From an uncultured Chromatium sp. (GTDB taxonomy: Bacteria > Pseudomonadota > Gammaproteobacteria > Chromatiales > Chromatiaceae), in assembly GCA_903897335.1 (NCBI GenBank), contig CAIUAY010000034.1, positions 1 to 59,754 of the forward strand: DNA of 59,754 nucleotides. Direction: 5' to 3'. Both the position numbers and the translations under genes were made by a program. Below are positions 38,709 to 48,844 of this stretch, one piece after another. Positions within the stretch are counted from its first letter, which is position 1. Each line of letters begins with the position of its first letter. Under the pieces are notes generated by a model. The model was not told the origin of the DNA, ran no database searches, and worked only from the letters and a program-made list of their open reading frames with translations.

Positions 38709-40331
38709 TGGCGACGGCGCAATTTTGCAGCAGTTGCGTCCTGACTGCTTCGCCTCATAGAGCGCGGCATCCGCCCGCCGGTAGATGCTCTCCGGGTTGT
38801 CGCCCTCCGTGCAGGCCGTCAAGCCGCAGGACATGGTGACTGGAACCGGTGCGCCGCGATACATGAATTTCGCGGCGGCGATCAGTTGGCGGAGTTTTTC
38901 GGCGACCTCCAAGGCGATCTGGATATCGGTTTCGGGGAGCAGCAGCATGAACTCCTCGCCACCAAAACGGGCGATGAAGTCGGTTTTGCGCGTCTTGGTT
39001 CCCAGCAGCTTGCCTAGAATCTTCAGGACGTTATCTCCGGCGCTATGGCCAAACTGGTCATTGATGCGCTTGAAGTGATCGACATCCCAGATGCTCAAGA
39101 CCGTGGAATGGCCATAACGCTTCCAGCGTTCACATTCCAGTGCGATGCGTTCGTCATAGGCGAGGCGGTTATGGAGTCCAGTCAGTGCATCATGGATGGC
39201 GCGGCCACGTTCCTGTTCAAGCCGGGTGCGCAGATCGCCGCTTTCTTCATGCAGATCAGTCAGTGCCCGTTGGAGATGCTGGATCTGGCTTTCCGCCTGT
39301 CTGAGCCGATCCTGTTCCATCTGCCGACGGACATCCATGTGGAGCTGAATGTTGTTGAGATGCACCTGAATCGACTGTTTGAGCTGGTCGATGTTTTCGG
39401 CCTCGTTGACTGACCGGCGGATCCCGTTGACTTCCTCGGAGAGATTCTGATCAAAGACATCACCCTGTTCAGGCGATGTGACCGCGCCTTTGAGATACTG
39501 GTCAAGATCTTGCAGACGTCCGGTCAACTGCGACAGAAAGGACTCGATATCCTTTTTTTCCTGCTCGGCGTACTGACGCGCCCTGGCCATGAGTTCGGCG
39601 ATGTCCGCCACGGCCTGCCGGGCGATTGCAGGCGAGGGCGGCTGTTCGCGCAGCAGCGTGGCGATCTGCTGCAAATGTTCAGACAGCGCATCGGGGAGAT
39701 CCAGACGATGAATCAGGTCAAACAGAACCTGGTTAAAGGCGGGAGCCCCATCCTCTGCCAAGGGTGCCGGGATCAGATCGACCTCGCCATCCTTGCTCTC
39801 TTCAGCGGATTTGCGACCGAACAGACGACCCAGAAGCCCCTCTTTGTCGTCGCCTGGCTGTGCCGTGGCAACCCAGTTGATGACCCGGTCGACATAACCC
39901 GCATAAGCGGCCAGCGCTGGTTTGAGATCGCCGGACTGACGGGCGTCCTGCAACTGTTTTTTGAGCTCGCGGGTCTCCTGCTTCAGACCATCCGGGACGC
40001 GGAGCTTATCCAGATGTGATTCAAGGCGTGACAGTTGGCTCTTGATGCTGTCTTCACCCGTTCGCTGCTGATCAAGACGCAGGATGGAGCTGGAAATATC
40101 CTCCATGAGTTTGCTGATCTGGGTTGCCGTCGCGTTATTACGAATGGCGTTACGCAGTGTTTCAAGCTGGTTGCCAAGACGCTTGTCAGACGTCTCGGCG
40201 GCGAGAGTGAGCCGTGAGATCGACTGTCGCAGGATGGTCTCGACCTGTTCCCACGCGTTTTCTTTGGACTCGATATCATCGAGACTCGCAAGATATTTCT
40301 CTTTCCATGGATTAATGTCTGACGACGGCAT
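38700..40331 (-). CDS. Diguanylate cyclase with long coiled-coil N-terminus (DgcP-like)
   Basis: DALTGLHNR, DVDHFKRIND, RKTD I-site and GGEEF; WKEKYL N-terminus. Confidence 0.92.
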   Translation of the reverse strand: MPSSDINPWKEKYLASLDDIESKENAWEQVETILRQSISRLTLAAETSDKRLGNQLETLRNAIRNNATATQISKLMEDISSSILRLDQQRTGEDSIKSQLSRLESHLDKLRVPDGLKQETRELKKQLQDARQSGDLKPALAAYAGYVDRVINWVATAQPGDDKEGLLGRLFGRKSAEESKDGEVDLIPAPLAEDGAPAFNQVLFDLIHRLDLPDALSEHLQQIATLLREQPPSPAIARQAVADIAELMARARQYAEQEKKDIESFLSQLTGRLQDLDQYLKGAVTSPEQGDVFDQNLSEEVNGIRRSVNEAENIDQLKQSIQVHLNNIQLHMDVRRQMEQDRLRQAESQIQHLQRALTDLHEESGDLRTRLEQERGRAIHDALTGLHNRLAYDERIALECERWKRYGHSTVLSIWDVDHFKRINDQFGHSAGDNVLKILGKLLGTKTRKTDFIARFGGEEFMLLLPETDIQIALEVAEKLRQLIAAAKFMYRGAPVPVTMSCGLTACTEGDNPESIYRRADAALYEAKQSGRNCCKIAPSPSA

Positions 40332-40425
40332 GATGCTGGCTTCGGTGATGGGGTCAGGGCTGAAGTTTAGCGCCAGAGTCTAACGCGAGTGCCGATTCAA
40401 TCAAGAGATACCTTAAGGTTTCACG

Positions 40426-43400
40426 ATGGAGGTTAGCGCCATGCCCCGTCCGTTCCTTTCCCGGTTGCCGTGGTTCGTCTTGCTGGTGTCGCTACAGGCG
40501 ACGATTCGTGCCGAAACGCCAGTCACGACGGCGACTGACGCCATCCCGGAGGCGCTACAGCCCTGGGTGCCATGGGTGCTGACAGCCGACCCGGATGGAC
40601 TGGATCGGCGCGCCTGTCCGCTTGATTCGAAAACCGGCGAGCGACTGTGCGCCTGGCCGGGTCGGCTGGCGCTGGATCTAGCGCATATGGATGGTCGATT
40701 CACTCAAGCCTGGCAGGTCTTTGTCGAAACCTGGGTGCCGTTGCCGGGAGATGCCGAGGTCTGGCCACAGACGGTTCAGGATGGCGGAACGCTGCTGCCG
40801 GTGATCCCTCGCGAAGGTCGGCCTGCGGTGAAATTAGCGGCTGGCACGCATCTTCTGACCGGGCATTTCCAGTGGCGACAGCGCCCAGACGTGCTGGCGG
40901 TGCCAGCCGTCACCGGACTCCTGTCGCTGATCATCGATGGCGAATCGCAAGCACTGCCACGGCTGGAGTCTGGCGGGCGTCTCTGGTTGCACGATCCGAG
41001 TGTCTCGCTGACCGACGCCGAGGATGACCGGCTGCGTCTGGAGGTGTTCCGCCGCATCGAAGACGACCAGCCACTGCGGGTGCTGACCCGGCTGGAACTC
41101 GATGTGTCGGGTCGCGCCCGCGAGGTTCGCCTGGGACCGGTGCCGCTGTCCGGCGGGATTCCGTTCGATCTTCAGAGTCCCTTGCCGGCACGTCTGGAGT
41201 CAGACGGGACAGTGCGGGTTCAGGTGCGTCCCGGTCATTGGGCGCTGGAGGTAGCAACGCATCACAGCGGGATCGTGACGACGCTGTCGCGTGGCAAGCT
41301 GCTGCCGCCTTGGCCTGAATATGAGGTCTGGGCTTTCGCCGCACGTCCCGATCTGCGTCAGGTCGCGTTGACCGGGCTGACACCCATCGATCCGCGCCAG
41401 ACCCGGATTCAGGTTGACTGGTCGCGCTTGCCGGTCTATCGGATCGGGTCGGACGCGACCTTGACGCTGGTCGAGCAGCAGCGTGGCGATCCCGCTCCAG
41501 AGCCGGATCATCTGACCCTGACACGCGATCTCTGGCTGGATTTTGACGGCGCCGGGTATCGCGTTCAGGATCATCTTAGCGGTCAGTTGATGCGCGCCTG
41601 GCGTCTGGAATCCGCGCAGTCGCTGGTGCTGGGACAGGTTCAGGTCGCCGGGGTGGCGGTTCCGATCAACCGTCTCGCAAGCGGTGGAGCCGCCGGTGTC
41701 GAGGTACGCCACGGTCAGTTGACGCTGGTCGCTGACGGGCGTCTGGATGCCGCGCCCGGCGAAATACCGGCGTCGGGTTGGGCGCTGGCATTCGATTCAG
41801 TCAAGACTCAACTGCACCTGCCGCCGGGATGGGAGCTGCTGGCGGTGTCAGGAGTCGATAATCTGCCGGGAACCTGGCTTGCCCGCTGGACGCTGCTCGA
41901 TCTCTTTCTGGTGCTGATCCTTGTCATCGGAATCGGTCGGCTCTGGGGCTGGAGTTGGGGTGTGCTGGCACTACTGGCGCTGGGTCTGACCTGGCAGTCG
42001 CCGGGTGCGCCGCATCTGATCTGGTTGCATCTGCTGGCTGCGGCGGCGCTGTTGCGACGGCTTCCGTCAGCAGCCGAGTCAGTCGGAATGGCGCGACTGC
42101 GCGGACTGGTCAACGGCTATTTTCGTCTGAGCCTGCTGGCGCTATTGCTGGCAGGATTGCCGTTTATGGTGACGGAGGTGCGCAACGGAATTTATCCGCA
42201 GCTTGAACCTGCGCAATGGTCGAATCTGGACGCGACTGGCGGCGCGGCGCCCGCTCCCGCACTGCTGCGTTCGGAGCGCGCGAGCCAGATGGCGAGCGAC
42301 GACTATGCGGCGGAAGTGAATGCGCCACCCGCCTATCAACGCAAAGCCGCAATGCCGCAGGCGATCGAAATCATCGATCCGACTGCGCAGGTACAAACCG
42401 GCTCCGGCATTCCAGATTGGCGCTGGCATCGTTTCGAGCTGGCCTGGAACGGCCCTGTGGGTCAGGATGAGCAGGCGCAGCTGTGGCTACTGACGCCGCG
42501 CTGGAATCTGGTGGTCGCGCTGCTGGGGAGTCTGCTGCTAACGCTGCTTGGATTGCGACTGAGTGGCGTCATCCCGGAACGACAGGGAGCAGGCACCAGA
42601 TTCGGAATCAGCCTCGCGCTGTTGCTGGTGGCAGGATTGACCGGATTGGGTTCCGGCCAGACGCAGGCCAGCGAGCTGCCAACGCCTGAGTTGTTGCATG
42701 AACTGCGTGAGCGACTGCTGGCACCGCCTGACTGTCTACCGGACTGCGTTGATCTGTCCAGGCTGGTGCTGCGGGTTGAACCTGAACGCCTGACGCTGGA
42801 ACTAACCCTGGATGCCGCTGTCGCGATTGCGGTACCGGTACCGGGTGGGACAGGTGGCTGGTCGCCGACCGAGGTCGTGCTGAATGGCGTTCGTCTGGAT
42901 CAACTGAGCCGTGGCGCTGACCAGCGGTTGCGGGTGCCTCTCACAGCGGGACATCACCAGCTCGTGCTAGCCGGCCCGCTGCCAGCGCATGATGAGGTGG
43001 ACATTCCGCTCACGCTCACGCCGCGACAGGTCGTGGCGCAGACCCAGGGTTGGCGGATCGTGGGGCTGGATGCCAATGGACGGGCGGGGTCGCCGCTTCA
43101 GTTGGCGCGGCTCTCCGAAGCGGGCAGTGTTGCCGACCAGTCACTGACTCCGACTGCCCTACCCCCCCTGCTGCTGGTCGAGCGTCAGTTGCGGATTGGA
43201 CTTGACTGGCGGGTTGAGACCCATGTGCGGCGTCTGTCCGCGCCTGAATTCCCGATCCTGCTGCCGGTGTCGCTACTGCCTGGTGAATCGGTTCAGACCG
43301 CCGGGTTGCAGATCGAGGGTGAACAACTGATGGTGGCGCTGGCACCGGGCGTGACTGAGCTGGCGTGGACATCCAGCCTGGAACCGGTTGCGATGCTGAC

Positions 43401-44520
43401 CTTGACCGCCAGCACGGATAGCCGTATCAGCGAAGCCTGGCATCTGGATCTCAGCCCGATGTGGCATTTGGAGCCGCAGGGCATCCCGCCGATCCATCAG
43501 CGCGAGGCATCTGATCGCTGGCAACCGGCGTGGCGTCCACGCCCCGGCGAGACCCTGACGCTGAACCTGACGCGACCCGTCGGAGTGCCTGGTTCCACGC
43601 TCACGTTCGACCGGGTCGATGAGCGGATTGAACCGGGGCGGCGGGGAACTGAATCTGAACTGACCCTGAGCGCACGCAGCAGTCAGGGTGGCAGCCATGT
43701 CATCCGCCTGCCCGAAGGCACCGAGCCGAGCCGCTTCAGCGTCGATGGACGTAGCCTGCCGGTGCCGACCGGAACTCAGATCGAACTGCCATTGGTTCCG
43801 GGAACGCAGCAGATACAGATCGCCTGGCGCGCACCGCAAACCTTGGGAATGGCGTTCACTCCAACCGCTCCTGACCTGAACAGCCCCGCCGTCAACCTGA
43901 ATCTAACGGTGCGGTTGCCGGATGACCGCTGGGTGCTGTTTGCCGCAGGCCCCCAGATCGGGCCGGCGGTGCTGTTCTGGGGCGTGCTGGTGGTCGTGGC
44001 GGGTCTGTCCGTCATGTTGGGTCGCAACCGTCTCACCCCACTGCGTATACACGACTGGTTCCTGCTTGGCATCGGTCTGAGTCTGTCTCAGGTCTGGGTG
44101 GTGGTGCTGGTCGTCGGCTGGCTGTTTGCGCTTGGACTACGCCAGCGCAAAAGCGATCAGTTCGGGTCAACACCAGCATGGCGCTTCAATCTGATGCAGG
44201 TTGGGCTGATTCTACTGACTGTGTTGGCATTGGGTGCTTTACTCGGCGCGGTGCAGCAGGGTCTGCTCGGGCATCCCGACATGCAGGTCATGGGCAATGG
44301 CTCCACTGGCACACAGTTAAACTGGTATCAGGATCAGACTGATCCGGGGCTACCAGCGGTCTGGGTGTATTCGGTGCCGATGTGGATTTATCGTGCGCTG
44401 ATGCTGGGCTGGGCGCTGTGGCTGGCGTTTCGTCTGCTCGACTGGCTGCGCTGGGGCTGGGCTGGATTCGTGCGTCCACAGCTCTGGCGTGAAGGCCGCA
44501 AGTCGGCGAAGACCGTATAG
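40426..44520 (+). CDS. Large multi-pass membrane protein of unknown function
   Basis: 1364-aa ORF with a signal peptide, two large extracytoplasmic regions and two transmembrane clusters; start may be 40441. Confidence 0.85.
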   Translation: MEVSAMPRPFLSRLPWFVLLVSLQATIRAETPVTTATDAIPEALQPWVPWVLTADPDGLDRRACPLDSKTGERLCAWPGRLALDLAHMDGRFTQAWQVFVETWVPLPGDAEVWPQTVQDGGTLLPVIPREGRPAVKLAAGTHLLTGHFQWRQRPDVLAVPAVTGLLSLIIDGESQALPRLESGGRLWLHDPSVSLTDAEDDRLRLEVFRRIEDDQPLRVLTRLELDVSGRAREVRLGPVPLSGGIPFDLQSPLPARLESDGTVRVQVRPGHWALEVATHHSGIVTTLSRGKLLPPWPEYEVWAFAARPDLRQVALTGLTPIDPRQTRIQVDWSRLPVYRIGSDATLTLVEQQRGDPAPEPDHLTLTRDLWLDFDGAGYRVQDHLSGQLMRAWRLESAQSLVLGQVQVAGVAVPINRLASGGAAGVEVRHGQLTLVADGRLDAAPGEIPASGWALAFDSVKTQLHLPPGWELLAVSGVDNLPGTWLARWTLLDLFLVLILVIGIGRLWGWSWGVLALLALGLTWQSPGAPHLIWLHLLAAAALLRRLPSAAESVGMARLRGLVNGYFRLSLLALLLAGLPFMVTEVRNGIYPQLEPAQWSNLDATGGAAPAPALLRSERASQMASDDYAAEVNAPPAYQRKAAMPQAIEIIDPTAQVQTGSGIPDWRWHRFELAWNGPVGQDEQAQLWLLTPRWNLVVALLGSLLLTLLGLRLSGVIPERQGAGTRFGISLALLLVAGLTGLGSGQTQASELPTPELLHELRERLLAPPDCLPDCVDLSRLVLRVEPERLTLELTLDAAVAIAVPVPGGTGGWSPTEVVLNGVRLDQLSRGADQRLRVPLTAGHHQLVLAGPLPAHDEVDIPLTLTPRQVVAQTQGWRIVGLDANGRAGSPLQLARLSEAGSVADQSLTPTALPPLLLVERQLRIGLDWRVETHVRRLSAPEFPILLPVSLLPGESVQTAGLQIEGEQLMVALAPGVTELAWTSSLEPVAMLTLTASTDSRISEAWHLDLSPMWHLEPQGIPPIHQREASDRWQPAWRPRPGETLTLNLTRPVGVPGSTLTFDRVDERIEPGRRGTESELTLSARSSQGGSHVIRLPEGTEPSRFSVDGRSLPVPTGTQIELPLVPGTQQIQIAWRAPQTLGMAFTPTAPDLNSPAVNLNLTVRLPDDRWVLFAAGPQIGPAVLFWGVLVVVAGLSVMLGRNRLTPLRIHDWFLLGIGLSLSQVWVVVLVVGWLFALGLRQRKSDQFGSTPAWRFNLMQVGLILLTVLALGALLGAVQQGLLGHPDMQVMGNGSTGTQLNWYQDQTDPGLPAVWVYSVPMWIYRALMLGWALWLAFRLLDWLRWGWAGFVRPQLWREGRKSAKTV

Positions 44521-44555
44521 GGCGATTCAACCTTGTCTTTTTTGCGGTTTCGGAT

Positions 44556-45386
44556 TCAGAAATCACCCTGAATGTGGCTGAGTCTGGACAGGAGGATGTC
44601 GATTAATCCTGGATGGCTGCCGACCAAAGGCGATGGATAGACCCTGAAGCCGCTGTGATCGGACTCAACACGCACGATGATGTCGGCGATATCGCCACCG
44701 GCACCAGCATGGCGTCCGGCAGACACAAACAGCATGGCGAGGATGACTGGGGTCGTGCGATCCTCGCTGGCCATCTGGCGCAGCAGTTCTTCGAGCAATA
44801 GACCATTGAAGTCGTAAGCGGCTCCCGTCCGCCGTTCCATCACCGCCTGTCCGACACTCACGCCTGATCCAAATCGCTGCGTCAGGCGCTCGCCCAGCCA
44901 GGTGCGCACGGCGGTGACACCCGGGATCGGCGAGCCATGATCGACCAGCACGACGCGCGTCGCCGGATAACCCGAAACGGCGCTGGCTTGCTCGACATGC
45001 GCCGCTAAAATCTCCACCAGACGCGGTTCCCCATCTGGAAGCGGACAGAGTTCACGGGCGGTCTGAATCTGGAATAAACCGAATTCGCGGGATAGAACGG
45101 CTGCGGTGTCTGGCACAAACCGGGTTAGGGCGCGGCTTGGGCCAAAAAAGAGTGGCAGCAGGATGACGTCACGCACACCTGCGGACAGCAGACGACGCAG
45201 CGCAGGTTCGAGAATCTCTGCCGGATAGCCATCAAGCTGGTCGGCAGCGACCTGATCAGCGTGCAGCAGCGAGACCGGATGCACTGGCTCGCCAATGCGT
45301 CCGGCAAGCTGCATGGCGAGTCGTCTGAGGTTGCGGGTGGCGTCCGCCCGTCGGGAGCCGTTGTCGATCAACAGGATGCTGGGCAT
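44556..45386 (-). CDS. CbiX/SirB-type chelatase-like protein
   Basis: Two chelatase-like domains: LIDNGS...LPLFFGPS and LVDHGSP...FVSAGRHA. Confidence 0.75.
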   Translation of the reverse strand: MPSILLIDNGSRRADATRNLRRLAMQLAGRIGEPVHPVSLLHADQVAADQLDGYPAEILEPALRRLLSAGVRDVILLPLFFGPSRALTRFVPDTAAVLSREFGLFQIQTARELCPLPDGEPRLVEILAAHVEQASAVSGYPATRVVLVDHGSPIPGVTAVRTWLGERLTQRFGSGVSVGQAVMERRTGAAYDFNGLLLEELLRQMASEDRTTPVILAMLFVSAGRHAGAGGDIADIIVRVESDHSGFRVYPSPLVGSHPGLIDILLSRLSHIQGDF

Positions 45387-45440
45387 GGCGAACCTGGCTG
45401 GTTGGTGAACGACAGCAGACAACCCGGACGGTCGCGGGAT

Positions 45441-45869
45441 TCAGCGACTGGCTGGAGCGTGAACGCCATGATCAGCCAGCCATTGGGTATCAAGTTCCCA
45501 GTCCACGCTGGTCACGCCCGGCTGTCCAAGGATCAGACCCATCGCGAGTTTTTGATGGTCGATAAGATCCTGCTGAGCAGCGATCATTTCGGGATCGTCC
45601 TGGGCTTTGCCGGCAAGTTTGGGATTGATGATCTCAAGAAAACGGATTGCCGGAATGTCGAATGAGCGCGGGGTGGAGATCACAGCGATGCCGTTCTGGA
45701 ATGCACGTACCCTGAACTGATAGGGGTAGGTTTTGAGCTGTGGTTGGGAAGTCAAGACCTTGTCGAGTTCCCAGACCTTTGGCTGCCAGGTGGCTTTCAG
45801 CCAGAATCCCAGCGCGATGAGGATGACGAGTGCCAGCGCGATACTGTAATTTCGGGTAAAACGATCCAT
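45441..45869 (-). CDS. Membrane-anchored hypothetical protein
   Basis: N-terminal transmembrane helix, then YPYQFRV...STPRS...VDWELD. Confidence 0.75.
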   Translation of the reverse strand: MDRFTRNYSIALALVILIALGFWLKATWQPKVWELDKVLTSQPQLKTYPYQFRVRAFQNGIAVISTPRSFDIPAIRFLEIINPKLAGKAQDDPEMIAAQQDLIDHQKLAMGLILGQPGVTSVDWELDTQWLADHGVHAPASR

Positions 45870-45989
45870 GCGTCGTGTCTCGGTTGCGATATTGAGGCGA
45901 TCACTTGATAGTGACCCGGTTGTTCCGTGTCAAGCATTGACCAGGCAATGGGTGAACGCCTATGAAGATTGTCAATACCAGGAACAGTC

Positions 45990-47072
45990 ATGCAGCACAA
46001 AGATAGGCAGTTGTTTTTTTCGGGACTGGCCGGCGTCATCGAGGAGACCTACGGTTCAGCCTCCGTCTGTCAGCTTGATGCGAACCTGCGTGAGCGTCTA
46101 ACGCTTCAGCTCGATGAATTCCTGCTGGAATCACAGCCTGTGGCACAGGCTGAAGTGACAATTCTGATCGCTGACCTGCGTGGTTTTACGGCGCTGACTG
46201 AATCATTGCCCATGCCGATCATGATCGGGGTGCTGAACCGCTTCTATGCGCTGATGGCGGAGTTGATCGAGCGTTACGGCGGGGTGATCGACAAGTTCAT
46301 GGGTGACTCGGTCATGGCGCTGTTTGGTGTTCCGGTGTGTCGCGCCGATGATCTGCTGCGCGCAATGGCCTGCGCCGTGGCGATGCAGCAGGCCATGGCC
46401 GAGATGAACCAGCACAGCGCACAGCGCGGCGAGCCGAGTCTCTATGCCGGAATCGGGATCGGCACCGGCGAGGTGATGGCCGGCAGTTTTGGGTCAAGCA
46501 TCTATAGTGAATACACGGTGATCGGCGATCCGGTCAACCTCGCCGCACGCATTGAAGGTTACAGCCTGCGGGGGCAGGTGCTGATCAGCGAGGCCAGCTA
46601 TCGTGGCGCACGGGGTTATGTCGAGGTTGGCGCAGTCAATGAGGTGATGGTGAAGGGAAAGGCAAACCCCGTGACCATTTATGAACTCAAGGGCGTGAAC
46701 TATCCACAGCCGCTGGCCGTGCCCGAGGTCGAAACCCGCAGGTCGCCACGGATCGTGGTTGACTTTCCCGTGGTGTTTCGCCGGGTCGAGGCCAAACGCA
46801 TTCTTGCCGAGCAGTTTGTCGGCAAGGTCAATGATCTGGGCTATTACGGTCTGAGCGCCGATCTGCCGTTGATTCTTCCGGCCTATTCCGAGATTCTTCT
46901 GTCGTTGACGCCAGAATTCAACACAGAGAGTCCGCTGGATGTCTATGCACGGGTGCTACGCACGAAAGGAGAACAGGGGATATACCGAACCAGCCTACAG
47001 TTCACGACCATCGACACGCCGGGACATCGGAAAGTCAAGCGGTATATTGACCAAGTTCTTTGGGGACGCTGA
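45990..47072 (+). CDS. Class III adenylate/guanylate cyclase with C-terminal PilZ domain
   Basis: IADLRGFT, DKFMGD and EYTVIGDPVNLAARIE; C-terminal RRSPR and DLGYYG PilZ-type motifs. Confidence 0.88.
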   Translation: MQHKDRQLFFSGLAGVIEETYGSASVCQLDANLRERLTLQLDEFLLESQPVAQAEVTILIADLRGFTALTESLPMPIMIGVLNRFYALMAELIERYGGVIDKFMGDSVMALFGVPVCRADDLLRAMACAVAMQQAMAEMNQHSAQRGEPSLYAGIGIGTGEVMAGSFGSSIYSEYTVIGDPVNLAARIEGYSLRGQVLISEASYRGARGYVEVGAVNEVMVKGKANPVTIYELKGVNYPQPLAVPEVETRRSPRIVVDFPVVFRRVEAKRILAEQFVGKVNDLGYYGLSADLPLILPAYSEILLSLTPEFNTESPLDVYARVLRTKGEQGIYRTSLQFTTIDTPGHRKVKRYIDQVLWGR

Positions 47073-47109
47073 AGCGGGTGGCGTCTTGGTGTTTCCTGAT
47101 CACATGAAA

Positions 47110-47328
47110 TCAGCGGGCACGATAGACGATGCGACCCTTGCTCAGGTCATAGGGGGTGAGTTCAACCGTGACCTTATCGCCAGTGAGGATGCGGATATAG
47201 TGTTTGCGCATCTTGCCGGAGATATGAGCGGTAACGGTGTGGCCGTTTTCGAGCTCAACCCTGAATACGGTATTGGGCAGGGTTTCGGTCACCGTGCCTT
47301 CCATCTGAATCACGTCGTCTTTTGACAT
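47110..47328 (-). CDS. infA: Translation initiation factor IF-1
   Basis: 72 aa; [13 protein letters not shown] and [11 protein letters not shown] motifs. Confidence 0.98.
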   Translation of the reverse strand: MSKDDVIQMEGTVTETLPNTVFRVELENGHTVTAHISGKMRKHYIRILTGDKVTVELTPYDLSKGRIVYRAR

Positions 47329-47414
47329 AGGTTTTATTTTTTAGGAATAACGGTAAGAGAAGGTCGCAGTGAACATCTCTTAAGCGAAAAATGATGGTTC
47401 TTGAAACGTCGGAA

Positions 47415-48161
47415 TTATAACACACCCAAATGCTCGAAACGCTTCCATTGATGCCCGTTCCATGCCTCAATCGGGCGAAATCGTGCTTTGTAAGCCATTT
47501 TTCTGCTCGCCTTGACCCAGTAACCGAGATAGAGATAGTCCAGCCCCTGCTGTCTGGCGATCTCAATCTGTGACAGCACCGAGAAGACACCCAGGCCGCG
47601 CTGGGGAAGGTCAGGATCAAAAAAGGTATAAACGGCGGAGAGACCGCGTTCCAGTTGATCGGTGATGGCCACGCCAACCAGTTGTCCGTCAAGCCGCAGC
47701 TCGATGAAGCGCGTGAGACCACCCCATGGATCGACCAGAAACCGTCGATAGTTCTCTTCAGTGGCGTCCTCTGCCATCCGGCCATCGGCATGACGGTGTG
47801 CCAGATAACGCCGATAGAGCGCAAAGTGTTCCAGACGAAAGGTGGCGGGCGCGGCGACGCATGTCACGTCTGAGATGTTGCGTTTCCAGTGACGGCGTTG
47901 CGAGCGGTCTGGCTGAAATGCCCGAACAGGCAGGCGTACCGGGATGCAGTCTGCACAGTCGCGGCAGGCAGGGCGATAGATTTGCGCACCACTGCGCCGG
48001 AAACCCTGATCGATGAGTGACTGATAAAGATGGCCGTCGATCCTGGCTTCGGGATCGACAAACAGCGTGCGGGCATCCAGACTTTCCAGATAGGCGCATG
48101 GATGCACGGCGCTCAGGTACAGGGCAAGTCTACTGCTGCAATGTGGGTTGTCCTGATTCAT
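47415..48161 (-). CDS. bpt: Asp/Glu leucyltransferase (ATE-like, Bpt)
   Basis: [29 protein letters not shown] and YLYLGYW motifs; ATGA overlap with aat. Confidence 0.92.
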   Translation of the reverse strand: MNQDNPHCSSRLALYLSAVHPCAYLESLDARTLFVDPEARIDGHLYQSLIDQGFRRSGAQIYRPACRDCADCIPVRLPVRAFQPDRSQRRHWKRNISDVTCVAAPATFRLEHFALYRRYLAHRHADGRMAEDATEENYRRFLVDPWGGLTRFIELRLDGQLVGVAITDQLERGLSAVYTFFDPDLPQRGLGVFSVLSQIEIARQQGLDYLYLGYWVKASRKMAYKARFRPIEAWNGHQWKRFEHLGVL

Positions 48162-48844
48162 GCGTTCCAGCGACACTGACGACCCGGAAGCGGGCAGAAA
48201 CGATCCAGCAATTGCAGAAAATCAGCGCGTGGCAGTTCGACGGCACCCATGCGCAGCAGGTGATCGGTTCGCATCTGACAGTCGATCAGCCCAAAATCCC
48301 AGTCCGCAAGCTGTCGGCAGAGATGCGCCAGCGCGATCTTTGAGGCATCGGTCACGCGGCTGAACATGGACTCGCCGAAGAAGGCGCGTCCGATGGCGAT
48401 GCCGTAGAGTCCGCCAACCAGTTGCCGCTCCTGCCAGACTTCCACCGAATGCGCGATGCCCTGTCCATGCAACATCTCATAGGCGGCGATCATTTCGGGA
48501 ACCAGCCAGGTTCCGCCGTCCCAGTCGCGGGGCGCGGCACAGCCACGGATGACTGGCTTGAACGCCTGATCAAACGTGACCGAGAAGCGTTGCTGGCGCA
48601 GCCGTTTGGCCAGACTGCGCGAGATCCGCAACTGCTGCGGAAACAGCACCGTGCGTGGGTCGGGCGACCACCAGAGAATGGGGTCGCCGGGGCTGAACCA
48701 GGGGAAGATTCCGCGCCGATAGGCATTTTGGAGTCGTTCGGCCGTCAGATCGCCACCGACCGCCAGAAGACCATTGGGTTCGCGGAGCGCCTCGCTGGCA
48801 TCAGGAAAAACAGCGGGATCATCAGGATCGAGTAAAGCAATCAT
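48158..48844 (-). CDS. aat: Leucyl/phenylalanyl-tRNA--protein transferase
   Basis: [25 protein letters not shown] and FFGESMFS motifs. Confidence 0.95.
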   Translation of the reverse strand: MIALLDPDDPAVFPDASEALREPNGLLAVGGDLTAERLQNAYRRGIFPWFSPGDPILWWSPDPRTVLFPQQLRISRSLAKRLRQQRFSVTFDQAFKPVIRGCAAPRDWDGGTWLVPEMIAAYEMLHGQGIAHSVEVWQERQLVGGLYGIAIGRAFFGESMFSRVTDASKIALAHLCRQLADWDFGLIDCQMRTDHLLRMGAVELPRADFLQLLDRFCPLPGRQCRWNA

